From Selaginella moellendorffii (taxonomy: Eukaryota > Plantae > Lycopodiophyta), in the NCBI RefSeq assembly GCF_000143415.4, contig NW_003314271.1, forward strand, positions 2,347,185-2,411,184: a stretch of 64,000 nt of DNA, given 5' to 3'. Below, piece after piece: positions 35,889-48,859 of this stretch; position 1 is the first letter of the stretch; every line of letters starts with the position of its first letter. The translations under genes were made by a program, and so were the position numbers. The notes below the pieces were generated by a model that ran no database searches, had not been told where the DNA came from, and saw nothing but the letters and a program-made list of their open reading frames with translations.

Positions 35889-38028
35889 TTAGCTAAAGTC
35901 CTCTTCGTCGTCACTCCCCTGAAGCGCCTGCACAACAATAATCATCAAACAACGATCAAGGAAAATGCAGCATACCTGGCGAATTGCACTAGCTTTCTCC
36001 AGGATCGTAGCGACGTTGACGCTGGACGTTGCTGGGCAAGGAGTCTCAGTTTTCTCCTTCTCCTGCTGGGCAGCGTGCTTTAGATTGAAAGACTGGAACA
36101 AAACATGCTCTTTGTCACAATTCTTTCACCCATGATATGAATTCTTACCCTCGAGCGTATTTGCTCCAGTAAGACCTCACGACTGCCAAACGATTTCGCC
36201 CGAGGATCACTGGTCACCTTTCTCAGCTGAAAAATAAGTTTGCAATTTTCAGAAGTTCAAAAGTAAAAACACTTACCGTATCCTTGTCATGAGAAACAAT
36301 GGAATCCATTAGTATGTCATGGTGCTGGTGGCCAACGGGAGCTCCTTGGTCCTTCAAATTTTCTGGCGCTGGTGATGACGAAACATCCCCGGGAACAAGC
36401 GTCTTCGCAACCCTCCATTTGCTCGGAGGCAGCGGAGGAGGAGGTGGTGCCTCATCGGGAAAACTTGCTGCTTCCGAAGGTGAGCTCGGCCTGAAGGGCA
36501 CGGTCCAAACCTCCCGTTCCTTCGTTGCGTTTCTTCCAATCCCCACTACAGGAGAGTCCAGCACACTGAATATTTGCTGCGACGAGTACGACTCTTCAGA
36601 TAGATCCGACAGGGATGGCGACGCGGATGGCGATGAAATCTCGGAAGGTGACGTGCTGGAGTAGAAAGAAAGCTCGGTCGCTCCTTGAACATTGAAGGGA
36701 CTACGCTGCGGCAGATCCTCTTGGATAAAGTCTTTTGGTGGCGTCGCTCTGGCCTCCTGTTTAACTGGAAAAGCAGCTTCCTGATTTGACCCACTGGATG
36801 TTCGGCTGGACGTACTGCACCTGGCCTTTTCATTTTCTATTTCTGCATCCGGCTCTATGCTCGTGAGAGCATCAACGAAGTGCTCTGCACCGTCGACAAA
36901 ATCACTGTCGGTCGCTGACGTCGTATGCCTCGTCCTCTTCTGGAGCAGAGAGTTTTCTTCTATTTCCTTGGCGCTGATGCGAAGCGTTTCCACTTTCAAC
37001 GCACGTAGTTCCGTGTCGGTATCATCAGCAAGATACGGGTCCAAGAATGCATCCACACTGTGGATGAACTTTGAGGCTTCTATGAAACTAATGCAAGCCA
37101 AAACAGTTGATACTTTTTCGATAAACAAAACGTACCTGAGCTTAGCTTCCGGGGTGATACTTTGTCGGGTATCATGAACACCACTAGTTTCACGTTTCTG
37201 CAAAATTCTGTCAATTACGCTACAGCAACCCATTAGACGCGACTTACTTTCCCTCTTTCTCTGACGCGCCGCCCAGTCTGGAGCCTCTCCGCCTTTAAAA
37301 GCTCCGAATTCGCCCATTTAATTCGGAAGAAGGAAGGGTCCGTATATCTCCTCAGCGTAGCTCCCGCTCCGGCAACGTCAAAACTACAGACAAAAATCAA
37401 CTAATACAAACTGCAAAAGAATCCAGATTGCCTACTTGTCCAAGAGAAAGAAGCGCGGGGGTTCTCTACAGTCATCATACGACTGCTGGAGGAAGCGGGG
37501 AAGCTCCGGCTGAGAGAAGTGATTCTGCTTCACGAAAATGGTCGGATGCCACTGAAAACCTGCTTGAGAACCCAAAAAAACAAAAAAAAAGAATTTATCA
37601 CAAAGCAAAAGCAAAGGAAAGCAAAAGGAATACCTTCTGTAAAGGCATAGCTCAGCTGATCAGACTCGCAATAGACGGTCTCTTCCAATGTAGGTAGCTC
37701 GGCTTCGAGCCTTTCCACTCGCCGAGCGATTTGTTTCCCTCTCGAGGATAACGCCACGACCTCTTGATGCAAGTCGTTGAAAATCTCCGCGGCGAGCCTG
37801 ACACACACGCATAGACAAGAGTAAAGACAAGAGAATGAGACCAAAAGAGAAGAAAAAAACATACAACACTCACTCTGCCACTTCTCCAAGCTGTCGCACG
37901 ATCCCAGCCAGTGCCGCCATTGTGATGCTCTCGAACAGCGCCTCAGCATCGTTCTTGGGGACGGCCTTGTACAGCTCGGGATTCGCAAAACGGTACTCGC
38001 TCTGGAGCTCGTACCTTGCCAAAGGCAT
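35889..38028 (-). CDS. SCAR: SCAR/WAVE family Arp2/3 activator (multi-exon)
   Basis: MPLARYELQSEYRFANPELY...MAALAGIVRQLGEVAE/AAEIFNDLHQEV SHD, PPPPPLPPSKWR, WH2 LLEQIRS.SFNLK, VATILEKASAIRQA and acidic GSDDEED end. Confidence 0.93.
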
Positions 38029-39749
38029 CCCAGGAGCGATATTTCGGCGACGATCGACCAAATCACCCGCAGCGCTCACGAGCCGATCGCCAGAAATCCA
38101 ATGCAGGCCGAGATCAGGCGGGCGGCGCACAAGTAGGAGGAAGAAGAAAGAAAATTTCTCGAGGATCGAGGAGTGAGAACCTGCATTAATCCCGCGCGCT
38201 CACACCGCGGCGCCTACATGCATTCCAGCCGCGGCATGACAAAGAGGAACCCTAGCCGCGCGCGAGGAACGCTCCCTTCCCTCTATCGAAAAGATAGCCG
38301 GCTGCTCACAATACACTCGCCATAGCTGAGAGTCCCGGGATGCACGGCCCATCGTCCGCCACGTCACACGCCGATGGACGTGGCGCCATCGCGGGCGTCC
38401 AAGATCCTCGCTGACCGGTTTCTCACACCAATGGCGGGGCGCTCTAAAATCCACATTACATGGCAATAGTACGGCGGGAAGTGACAGACGCAATGATCCA
38501 CGCCAGAGAAGCTTTTCTCTCTCCTACAAAATACACTTGTACGGCGGGTCAACCTTTTCACTTCCCGCCACAGCCATGGCCCAAATGTTTTCTGTACGGT
38601 ATGTCAAAACTAATTTGTCCTGATGTTATGGTCATACGCATTGTCTTTAGACCTTGACCTGAATGGAAAGAATCAATTTCGAAGTAAGCTTACTACTGAG
38701 AGCCTAACTTGTGTAGGAAACTTAGAGCATCACCTTGAACAATCTAACTTGTTCTTTCTCACAGCTTGTTTTAGAACTTAAGATCGAATGGACATTATCT
38801 CTAACTTCGCTACAGCCCCCTAGAGTTCGTCTCGAGCTATAATCAGATCATTAGAACCTTCAAAACCAAGAGTAAACCATGAAGCAAGTGCAACTTGCTC
38901 ATAACAGATTAGAGCTTTAGCACTAAGAATTTAGAGATTACCTCTAACCATCTCGCTATAATCCAATCCCTCTCCCCCAAGATGTTGATTTCTTCTAGAG
39001 TTCTCTCCAGCTATAATCATAGCATTGGAACCTTCAAAACCAAGAGTAGAACATACTGGGATCAAGTTCCCAAAAACACATGTCAACTCACAACAATCAA
39101 CCATGCAAGTAATAAGAATGTCTGTAACTTCAGTCAGGCTACCTGAATACACTCGATTAAGAAACAACTGTGAACAAAGATTCGACAGCTTGTAACACAG
39201 ATTAGAGCCGTAGAAGCTCATAGTTTTTCCCATAAGCAGCAGCAGGCAAAACCGATTTAGAACAGTTTGGAATCCAGAGACATCTTACCTTCTTGAGCCC
39301 ATGATCAATCACGTCGCCAGCCAAATCACTATGTACACCTGAAAAGCTTCATCTGCATTCATGAACAAAGCATATAACAAAGTTCCAAGAGAAGAAAGGT
39401 TGCATCATATTGCATTAGCAGCCCAGGTTGGAGCAGCTCTTACAAAACTCAATCATTCCAAAACAGAAACAGGAGACAAGGAGATCACAAAACAAGAGAG
39501 TGGTAATGCCATGGAAGGTGAGAGAGATGGAGTCAGCCATCGCTAGCAGTGAGTGAGTGACTGAGTGAGTGGGTAAATGCAAGTAAGAAGTGAACTTAGT
39601 AAGCAAGCAAGCATGAGTGGCATGATCAGCAGGAGTTGTAATAGTAGCAGTAGCAATGGAGTTGGGTAAGGATGACTCAGCCAGCACGAGGATATGGACG
39701 GATGGAGCTTCCAGCGATTGAAAGGATATGGTGGATGGATCAAACTCGA

Positions 39750-40532
39750 TCAGTCGTAATGCCCGGCGGGGTGGAGCTGCTTGAGCAGGCCAACATAGGT
39801 GAGGTAGAGCACCCGATCCTTTGCTCCGGTGCGGTGGCGGCGCGTGTGCTTGCAGAAGTACTTGAGCTGGTCCAGCGTGCACAGGCCGAGCGTCTGCGTG
39901 AGGAGCAAGAACAGCCAGTTGATGTGCCGCTTCTTGGCGTGGATGACGGGCTTGACGCAGTCGGTCTGGAGGCAAAGCGAGCAGTCGAGGAGGCGCGGCG
40001 ACGTCCAGCACTTGGGAGCGCGATCGTGCATGGTGTCGCGGTGGGTCACGAAGTAGTTGCTCACCGCCGCGAAGCCCGCCGCCACCCCGACCTCGACGCT
40101 GCCCGGGCCGTCGCACCGCTTGCACATCACGTCCCCGGCCACCTTGTCGATCCCCGCCGCCTGCAGGGTGTCAAGGGAGAGCACCACCGCGCGCCGCTCG
40201 CTCGCCCACGCGTACGCCGGCACGATGATATCTCCCTTCCCGCTACTGCCACCGCCGTGGTGGTGACTGGATCGCTGCGGCGGGGGGAGCTCCTTGCTCG
40301 CCGCCACCGCCGCCGAGGCGGCTTGATCGCTGGAGGAGGACGACGCCGATCCCGAGCGGAGCTGGCGGCGGGCCTTCTTCGATTCCTCGCTGGGCGCCTC
40401 CGGGCGCTCGTGGTGGAGATGAGCGGCGGGCGCGCGCGACGCCGCCGGTGCCGCCGCCACGCCGCCGCCTCCACCCGGTGGCGACAGCGTCAGTCGCAGC
40501 TGGGCCTCTTCCTCGTCGATACCTGGCAGCAT
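39750..40532 (-). CDS. Plant-specific Cys-containing DUF7086-type protein (intronless)
   Basis: MHDRAP..W..P.L.DC..C...VKPVI..KK..INWLFLLL.Q.LG.CTL.QLKYFCKHT..HRTGAKDRVLYLTY conserved block. Confidence 0.85.
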   Translation of the reverse strand: MLPGIDEEEAQLRLTLSPPGGGGGVAAAPAASRAPAAHLHHERPEAPSEESKKARRQLRSGSASSSSSDQAASAAVAASKELPPPQRSSHHHGGGSSGKGDIIVPAYAWASERRAVVLSLDTLQAAGIDKVAGDVMCKRCDGPGSVEVGVAAGFAAVSNYFVTHRDTMHDRAPKCWTSPRLLDCSLCLQTDCVKPVIHAKKRHINWLFLLLTQTLGLCTLDQLKYFCKHTRRHRTGAKDRVLYLTYVGLLKQLHPAGHYD

Positions 40533-41019
40533 TGCACTTGTAAGGATTCTTTTTTTCTTTTACTTGCAAAGCCTCGCTATAAACTCAAGCACTACAGAAT
40601 CTTCTTCTTCCTCCTGGCCTTCCTCGCACAGCTCTGGCTATGGAGCCATGGAGGAGCCACAGGCAAAAAAAAAAAAAATCGCAGCCAGGGAAAGACAACA
40701 CAGAAAAAAGGAGGGAGGCGGTCGGTAGGTGAAAGAGCTTCCCCGATTTATGCCTTAATTTCCTCAAGTAACTGGGACAGTATATTCTACCGCCCTGTGG
40801 TGGTATATTCGGTGAAGACAACCCCTTTTTTTTCTTCTAACCATTTTTCTCTGTGCTGTGGACCTTGTATTTTTTAAGGATTTTTTTTCGTTTTCTTGTA
40901 ACAAATCGGCAACAACAACCCAACAACAAGCAAACGGGCCCTCCTCCCCATATTAAATACTTTTCTCTGTGGTTTTATATGTGTTTTTATGTTTTTTTTT
41001 GGGATGATTTGGTGTCGTC

Positions 41020-43453
41020 TTATGCGAATGGATTGCCTGACGAGGACGATGATGGTGCTGTTGTTGTTGGATGGTGCTGCTGGAACACTGGAGGAATTTG
41101 CCTGTTAGAGGTTTACACGAACACCACATCACTTTTGAGTGCCAGCTCCTGTAAAGAGAGAGCATCCTAAAAAAAATATGAAGAGTAACGCTTACATGGT
41201 AACTTGAGTGGGCTCCCAATGATAATCTGTGATGTCAACCGGTTTAATCAAGGTTAACTTCTGTTTTTTTTTGTCTCTGCAGGTTCTTACTTGGATGGTA
41301 AAAATTTGGAGGCACTTGTACATGTGTAGTTCCTAGAGGGGCATACTGAAAAAACATTTCAAGTGTAGAGTTTTTCCAAATAATTGTTCCCCTTTTACCT
41401 GACTTTGGGAGTGGTCAAAAGGATTGACACTGGTTGACACTCCAAAGTAGCCCAGACTTTGATTCTGGAGAGAAGAAACAAAAGGGAGGTCATGCAAGAA
41501 AGTCTGCGTATAAAAAAACTACCGATGGAGGTCCGAAAGTGTTCACGTGATGACCAGCTCCCTGTAACAATAAAAGAGATCGTATGTGAGAGAAATGCGT
41601 AGTCTCTTAGATCACTCACTTGTACTCCAACGTTCATGGCTGCTGGATCAAACTGCTGGAAAGTCATCAAAGCAGAATTCGATAGAAAGCCACCCGAAGA
41701 AGAAATCGATGGCGACGGCGCCGCTGGTAGAAAGCCAACTGAAGGCGGCATGGTAAAATTCGGTGAAATTCCTGGAAAGCTCGACGGGAACTGCGGGGGA
41801 GCACCCGGTAAAACTCCCTGTGAAACTTCTGATGGAATGGACTGTGGAAGATTGGCTGGTCCAGGAGCGCTAAAACTCGTGAAATTCGTGCCTGTTTGAG
41901 CTTGAACTGGTCCACTACGTGCAAAAGGATCAGCAGCCAGATCAAGACCCGCGAAACTCGTTGTCACGAAAGGATCCACCTGCATCGGCTGCGAGGAATC
42001 TCCCTCCGGAGAAGAGATGAGATCGATCAGGTCGCGGCTGCCATCGGTGTCGTGTCGAAACTTTGCACTGGCGACACTCTCGTGGTTGCTTGCGTCGCCG
42101 GAGATGAGATCGACCAGACACGGTGTGGAGCTTGACTTGGTTGTCACTGGCGAGCTTCTAGAGTGTGGTACCTTTTGCTGCTGGTCGGTATTAAGATCGA
42201 TCAGACTTCTCGACTTTGTCGCAGATCGTGGTGGCGTCTTTGGATTGTCTGGCTGGTGGGAAGTTTTCTCGTCAGTCATGAGATCTTTGAGAGAGAGCGA
42301 GTTTGAGCGCTGGACTTGTGGAGGTCGAGCTACGGGACTGGTTTGGTCCGGCGCTATGCTCCCGCTAGAGTAGTTTCTTTGCAGCTGCTGGTTCTTTCGT
42401 TTCTCCACCTGGAACGAAAAAGAACAGAGGATCAAACGGCAAAACCAAGAAGAAACTAGCGAATGTTTCTTACTGGAGGTTGTAGAAACTGGCGAATGAC
42501 CGTTTCCCTCTTACTACCACTGGCTGTTTTCTGGTTTGGAGGCGACTGGGGCGAAGATTTCACGTCGTCTTCACCGTTGTCTTCCACAGTCGTACCCCCG
42601 TTTTCTCTTCTTCCGGGGATTGTTCTCACAAAGTCTCGGTTACCGTACGCGAGTCCGCCGTAGCTCGTACGAGGAGAGGGGCGAGCCTCGCGATATTCAG
42701 GAGTTTCACGCATTGGACTACGACTACGCTGCTGGAAAAGAAAAAAAAAAAAAAAACAGAGAAAGAGAATGGAAGGGAAGAAGAACTTTCGGTCATGTTT
42801 AACACTGGTTGTATAGTTATACCTTTTCTCCAGTGAAACGCCTCTGGACGTACACAAGCTTTATAAACTCGCGGATTTTATCGGGATTGCTGATGAGAAA
42901 CGAAAAAAAATCATTTTGCTCTCCTAAAAACACGTCAAGGATCTAAGTACCTGCTGTCTGGGAATATGTTCCTGTCCGAGTTCCATGCCTTGAGGAAAAC
43001 CTGTCGAGCTTGCTACACGAACAAGTGAAAAACGCTGTGAATCTAATTTGCTGCTACTGTAAATTTAGATACATACATCGTTTCCACCGGACTGGAGCTC
43101 GCTGATTTCCCCGGCAGTAAACTTGGCCATGGAAATAGACTTGATGCGATGCAAGAATTCTCGACTGTAAGTACGAGTGAGAAACTGGAAACGAGAAAAG
43201 ATCGAAGAGAGGGAACGAATAAACATACTGAATCCCGCTGCAAAGTGTGCAAATGAAAGTGGAGAAGCTAGTGCACACATATTGCGGTCCCTGCTTAAGA
43301 GAAAAAAAGATAAATTCTCAAGAAAGAGGGGATAAGACCCAAGAATCGTTGTCATACCAGGCTACCACAGTTGACGCATCTTCGATTTCCAGGCAATTTA
43401 AGCAGCCCACGGATGATCTTCTCGTGTCTCTCGTCCTCTTTGCTGGGAGCCAT
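41020..43453 (-). CDS. ArfGAP, AGD14/ZIGA4-like (multi-exon)
   Basis: EDERHEKIIRGLLKLPGNRRCVNCGSL|GPQYVCT..TFICTLCSGI|REFLHRIKSISMAKFT zinc finger; LIDL repeats; ends GNPFA*. Confidence 0.9.
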
Positions 43454-45161
43454 CACACATCCTGCTGGATCTCTAGCTAGAGAATCTAGGCTGGAATTGG
43501 ATTGCCAATCCTGGACAGCATAATCTCTACCCACCTGGACGCAATGCGGGCTAAGGCTTGCTGGGAGCGCCCGACTCAGATCTGGACTGTAACAAAGAGA
43601 AAATGAGTATCCAACAGAATATACACGTGTTTAATAAAATTTTAGATTTAGATTTTTTCTAAACCAAACCCTTAAACACAGGAGTAGAGGAACAAAGGGG
43701 TAAAGCCAAACTCTGATGTATGTAACCCTTTCTTCCTCCTCTCACCTAAGGACTTTCTGCTTGTTATTGCTTGTTATTGGCCGCTCCCAGCTCTCCTCTT
43801 GCAGCAATTGTTGCCCATCAAGCCACCTTGCGTCGCTGATGCTCTGTGCAGCAACCCCGTTGATTTTTGGGAGACACAGCCCCATTGATTCGTTGGTCTC
43901 CCAGCTCTCCAACTGCTCTAGAACTGGTCACCGGCTCCTCCTTGTGCTAGGGCCTTTAGTGACAACTGCTGTACATGATCTGCCTAACTCGCCTACAAAG
44001 GTGGCAAGATTCTCCATGTGCCAAATGTATCTTTGCCACTCCGACTTGCAACTCCTCCACACAGGAGCATTGTGTCTTTACAGCCAATTGTGAGACTCCC
44101 AAAGATTCCCTCCCTACAACTCCACAAAGAATGGCTGAGTTTTGAGCTCCTCACTGAGCACTCTAGGCAACAAGGGAACACCATTGGATTGCAGCCATTT
44201 TAAAGAGATTCTATGAAAAAGCTCTCTAAAGAAGAATAAATTAAGACTAAAAGGTGAAGCCCAATCTAAGTCTAATGATAAATGATAAATGATAAAATGA
44301 TGATTTATTATAATGATAAATGTGAGTTGGGGATTTCAGAGTTGTTTTCAATAGTAGGTTCTTTTCAAGATTAGTGCCAACAGGAGATTTGATGAAAAAC
44401 AGTGGCAATCAAATGAGGATATTCACATGGAGGTGAAGAATATATGTTCAATATATGTTTATGGCTAGGTGCTACTTCTTACTGCCCACAAATTAGAAGC
44501 TAAAATGGTCTAACTTCTTACATAGCCATTAATCACATAGACACATCTTGAACCGTTTGCTCGAATATTATAGGGATATGGTGCTCCATCTTTTGGAATA
44601 GGGACTTCTTTAGATTCGCAATAAAGTAATCCTTCAACTATCAATCCTAGAGCATAGATGGTCCTAATTGAACTCTTATCTGACTTATAACCTACATAAA
44701 CTTGAACAGACTTTTGCTAAACTTTTGCTCCAGCCAATCCAAACTAAGCTCATAGCCTCTAGGATGATACAATAACTAATCCTTATTCATGTTCCATCAA
44801 TATGAGTAGACATAACAAATCCTACCTAGAGAATTGTACCATAAATGAACCACCTATTCACCTCCTTGGCTGTGAACAAGGGATACAAGAGGAAATGCAT
44901 GCCATGATTCTTAGTATATCTTAATTCTCATCTATAAAACCATTTCCTTTGAACACCAGTAGCTTAAACTTTCCTCAGATAGTAGTATCTTGAGGAATTT
45001 GAGCACCTTGGCAATTACAAAAGTCTTAGAGGAGCAATTGACAAGCTTGTATGGTTAGCATGAATATAGAGTTATAAGCAAATGGAACAAATATATCCTC
45101 CTTGTGGTGTATACTTGAATATTTTCTTATCTTTATGTTGATCCGACTATAAAAAAAGTTT

Positions 45162-45908
45162 TGTAAGTGATTAAATTTTCCATTTTATTTAGTAATTTAA
45201 TCACACTTTTAACCATTTTGAGGAGTCTCACATACAACCTTCATAAATTTTATTTTTGACTTCAAACATGTTAACCCTGTGAATAACATTTATTCCCAAC
45301 TTAGGGACATATTAGCCTTGTGGATAACATCTATGCCATTTAGCCTTTGCACTGGGGTGAAGATTTTATATTGTCTTCATTATTGTCTTCCATAGTCAAA
45401 CTTCTGTTTTCTCTTCTTCCAGGGATTGTTCTCACAAAGTCTTAGTTACCAGACACAAGTCTACCATAGCTCATATAAGGAGATTCTATAATAGACACCT
45501 AAAAAATACTACTGATATATTAGCTTGTTACACTAAAATTATATTTATTTACCTTTGTCTTATTGGTAATCCAATAAATGCCCTAGTTCTGTCTCTCAAA
45601 AACTAGGCCATTCATTTATAAGTGGTCATCCCAAGACTACACTTTAACATTCTTAAGATGCTCAAAAACATATAAAACACTTTTCCCCAATATCCAACAT
45701 TTTTCCCCAACATTGTTATTAAGTTAAAGTTTGAATGTTTGACCACTAAGTTCCATTGACATTTAAGACTTCTTTTATCACATGACCATGCCTTTCATTA
45801 TTATGTAAGAGGATTGTTTCTTTTTCTTTCCATAATCTAGGATTTTATGATGACATTTTGAAACACAATGGCCTTATGTAAACCTTATAAATACTCTCCC
45901 CACCTTCT
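45162..45908 (-). mobile_element. Heavily decayed family E LTR remnant carrying an inserted ArfGAP exon fragment (45351-45483)
   Basis: Starts TGTAAGTG (reverse complement of the E LTR end) and is collinear with ~27880-28515 on both sides of the insert. Confidence 0.78.
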
Positions 45909-46675
45909 GTCAAAATAACTGATTTATACAATTGCTTCTTTTCCAATTAGCAAATGAAGTTATTCTATATAATTGCAGTTGACAAATAAAACAAAAGTGT
46001 AAATGAGCATATTTGATTAGCCCAATATATATGGTTCAGATTGAAATCAATTCAATGGTTATTAAAATCCCACTATGTTAATATTAATATTGCATCGTAG
46101 CTGTACACTTAGACTTCACAGTCTCATAACTTAATAATAATTTGAAATAGATTTTTTAGTGATAAAGATAATATAAGCTATTAGCCTCATTTAAATATAA
46201 AACACAAATAAAAAAGGTCAAAATTACATGAAATACATGAATTTAAGTTTTTTCATATAAATCATTTAACTATATTAAAGTGCCATATAAAATAACTATC
46301 ATCAATAGACCATATGCAAGCTCACTATTATATGTTTAATAGTTAATATAAATATATATTTTTAAATTATTATTTTCACATCACTACATATTACTTTTGA
46401 ATGTGGGAAATATTATTGCCATTTTTGTAAATTATATTTAATAAAATCACAATCAACACTCAATATTAAATCTTACAATCTTTTAGAGGTGCAGACCCAT
46501 GAAAATTTTCAGCAACAATTGAAAATGAAAAACTTAGAAATATTAATAACCTAGACCTTTGAGCAAACAAGATTCTTGGGATTATACTCAAGGATCTAGG
46601 GTTTCCTGTGGTTCTTCCGAGGTATGCTCTCTTTCATCTGTCTGTGCACCAGACTAATCAGACCTTCCAGGGGAC

Positions 46676-48100
46676 ATGACATCTCCGGAGCCATTCCACG
46701 CGACCCTGAGACACGCGAGGAGCAAATGGGTGGAAATGGGTCGGCCCCAAAAATCGAGCCGGGGCAAGGCTCACTCCCGAGAATGGCAGGCAAGTGTTCT
46801 CAGAAAGAGAGAACAAACAGAAAAATGGAGAGAAAAAGAAAACCAAAGGCTGAAAACTTTGTAGGAATTCGAGAGCTTCGTCAACTCGGCGTTTGATGCC
46901 CGTGATACATTCACGGTGCACAGGCTGCTCGCCTCGGACGATCACGTCTTCGACAAATGGATGGAGGCTCTGGAGCTCAACGCGCAAGGAAAGCTCCCGC
47001 TGGGCGATGGCAGGCTCCCCACCGGAGGAGGCCTGCCGAGCAACTCCATCTCCATGGCCAGCCTCGTGAGCATCCGCGCGCTGGAGAACGAAGAGCTCCT
47101 CTACGTCGCCGAGCAGCTCGCGAGCAAGGCCTGCCTCTTCCGGAAGTTCCCGAGCTGCGAGATGGACGTGCCTTCTCTGGATCAGCTCGGGAAGAAGCTC
47201 AAGAACAGGAGGTTGATCGCCGAGAGGCTGCTCCAGGAGTGCATCGCCAGCAACATCTTGCCAAGCTACGTTACCAGCGTTTCCGGGCTCAAGAAGAGGC
47301 TCCGGATCAGCGACGAGGAGCTGGACGAGTGGGCGACAGTGGAACCCGAGGCTTGCTCCAAGCTCGCCAAGAAGAAGAAGACGCTCAAGCTTGTGCCGCT
47401 TCCACTTGGTTGGTACTCTCGTCTCCAGGAGAAGCTCGGCGGCGATGAGATCTCGCCATACCTGGTGCGCGAGTGCAGCAAGACGAGCGTCGAATGGATC
47501 GTCAGGCTCTTGGCCGAGAAGCGGAGCGTCAAGCTTATAATCGCGGATCTTCGCCGGTGCCAGGACGGTGATCTTCAGAGCTTGTGTGACAAGTTGCTGC
47601 TAGCGCTCGAGTCGGGGGGCTGCTCCTGCCGCGTGATCTTACTCGTCGCCATCGCCCAGCTCCCCGGGATCATGCATGGAGTGGAGAAGATCGCTCGGAT
47701 CATCAGAGGTGGCGTCAAGGTTGGCAGCGTGATTGATTTCCCGGAGCAAACGCACCACCACACCATGATCGTGAGCTTCGGCACGGGATCACTGGAGAGG
47801 GGTGGAGGAATGAGCCTGTTCTTGCGAGAGGGAGATCACCGCCTTCCAAAAGAGTGGGAAGATCACAAGTTTGCCATGGAGAGGGAGGAGGGATCCATCA
47901 GCCTTGGGCTGGCGAGCCATGTTGTGAGACAGTTCGAGGAGGATGGCGGCGCTTACATCGTCGAGTATGGCTGCGGCGGGCAGATCTTCAAGGCTTGCAT
48001 GATCCACGACCAGAGGGGGATTGTCCTGGTCGAAACTTCGCAAGAGCTGGACAAGATGAAGAGATTGGTCCAAGAGCTGCGAGCTACGAAGAAAAGCTAG
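46676..48100 (+). CDS. Beta-class N6A/N4C DNA methyltransferase-like protein with degenerate catalytic motif; join(46676..46789,46865..48100), ~449 aa
   Basis: Intact GC-rich frame; CAG|GCAAGT..TAG intron keeps frame; motif order SVKLIIADL (IV), ALESGG..VILLV (VI), HHTMIVSF (VIII), LASHVVRQF..GG.YIVEYGCGG (X-I), RGIVLVET (II). The gene is well supported; the fold call is by eye. Confidence 0.6.
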
Positions 48101-48859
48101 CCTTCGAAAGAGGAATTTTTTTTCTACTGAGATGGTGGAAAGCTAGTGATAAAAACATGTAAGATTCTGGATAGTCAAAATGGAAATCAATCATTGTTCT
48201 AATGTTTTTTTTCAGGTAAAGAAATTAAAATTGAATATTAACAATTTTGTCCAGTATTAGTAACAATATTAACAATTTTGTAAGATGCTCCTTGTTGATT
48301 AGCCCTGTGATCTCAACTGCTATACGTTTCAACTAGGAATTGTGATCTACATCAGAAATGAAGTTTAACCGTTACAGCCTCTAAAGCCTTTAACACAAGA
48401 AAAGGCCAAAAAACACTTATATGTGATCCCAACTCAATGCAAAGTTGTAGTGCAAGTTTAGTAAAAAAAGCTGATTTTTTCTTGAAAGAGTGTTCTATTG
48501 ACAAATCTATCTATCCATATGCTCGCTATGTCCACTGTAAACCACCGCCTAGTTGGTGTTTAATAATCATAAATAGGAATAAGAAAAGCAATGGTTGTGT
48601 ACGATTTTTAAACACCCATTAAAAAGAATAATAATAAAATCTGGAACCAGAGCTTTTTTACATGTGCTGGAAAAAAGGTATAGAATATTCTCCTAGAGAA
48701 AATGGCGTCGTTGTCGGGGATTAATGGCGCAGATGTACGTGCATACGTGGCAAGAGCGAGGAAGGTGTTGAGGAAGCTACCTCCGCGGATCCTCGCAACA
48801 TCCTATTTTTTTAAACACAAGAAACAAGTTTTCTAATGGTTTGCCCTAATAGCGATTCC

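Noticed and set aside
38815-39060. ~60-bp direct repeat pair between SCAR and the DUF7086 gene
   Set aside because: Ordinary local duplication without terminal repeats, TSD or structure that I can support
39672-40877. 401-aa plus-strand ORF, and similar overlapping ORFs at 49434-50489 and 53415-54011
   Set aside because: Shadow frames of GC-rich genes with clear homology in another frame or strand
42889-42920. CTGATGA-GAAAC-GAAA hammerhead-like core
   Set aside because: No stem I or valid cleavage triplet; it is the reverse complement of an ArfGAP intron acceptor
43716-44203. Semi-open reading frames upstream of the ArfGAP gene
   Set aside because: Interrupted by stops and no recognisable domain; cannot support a call
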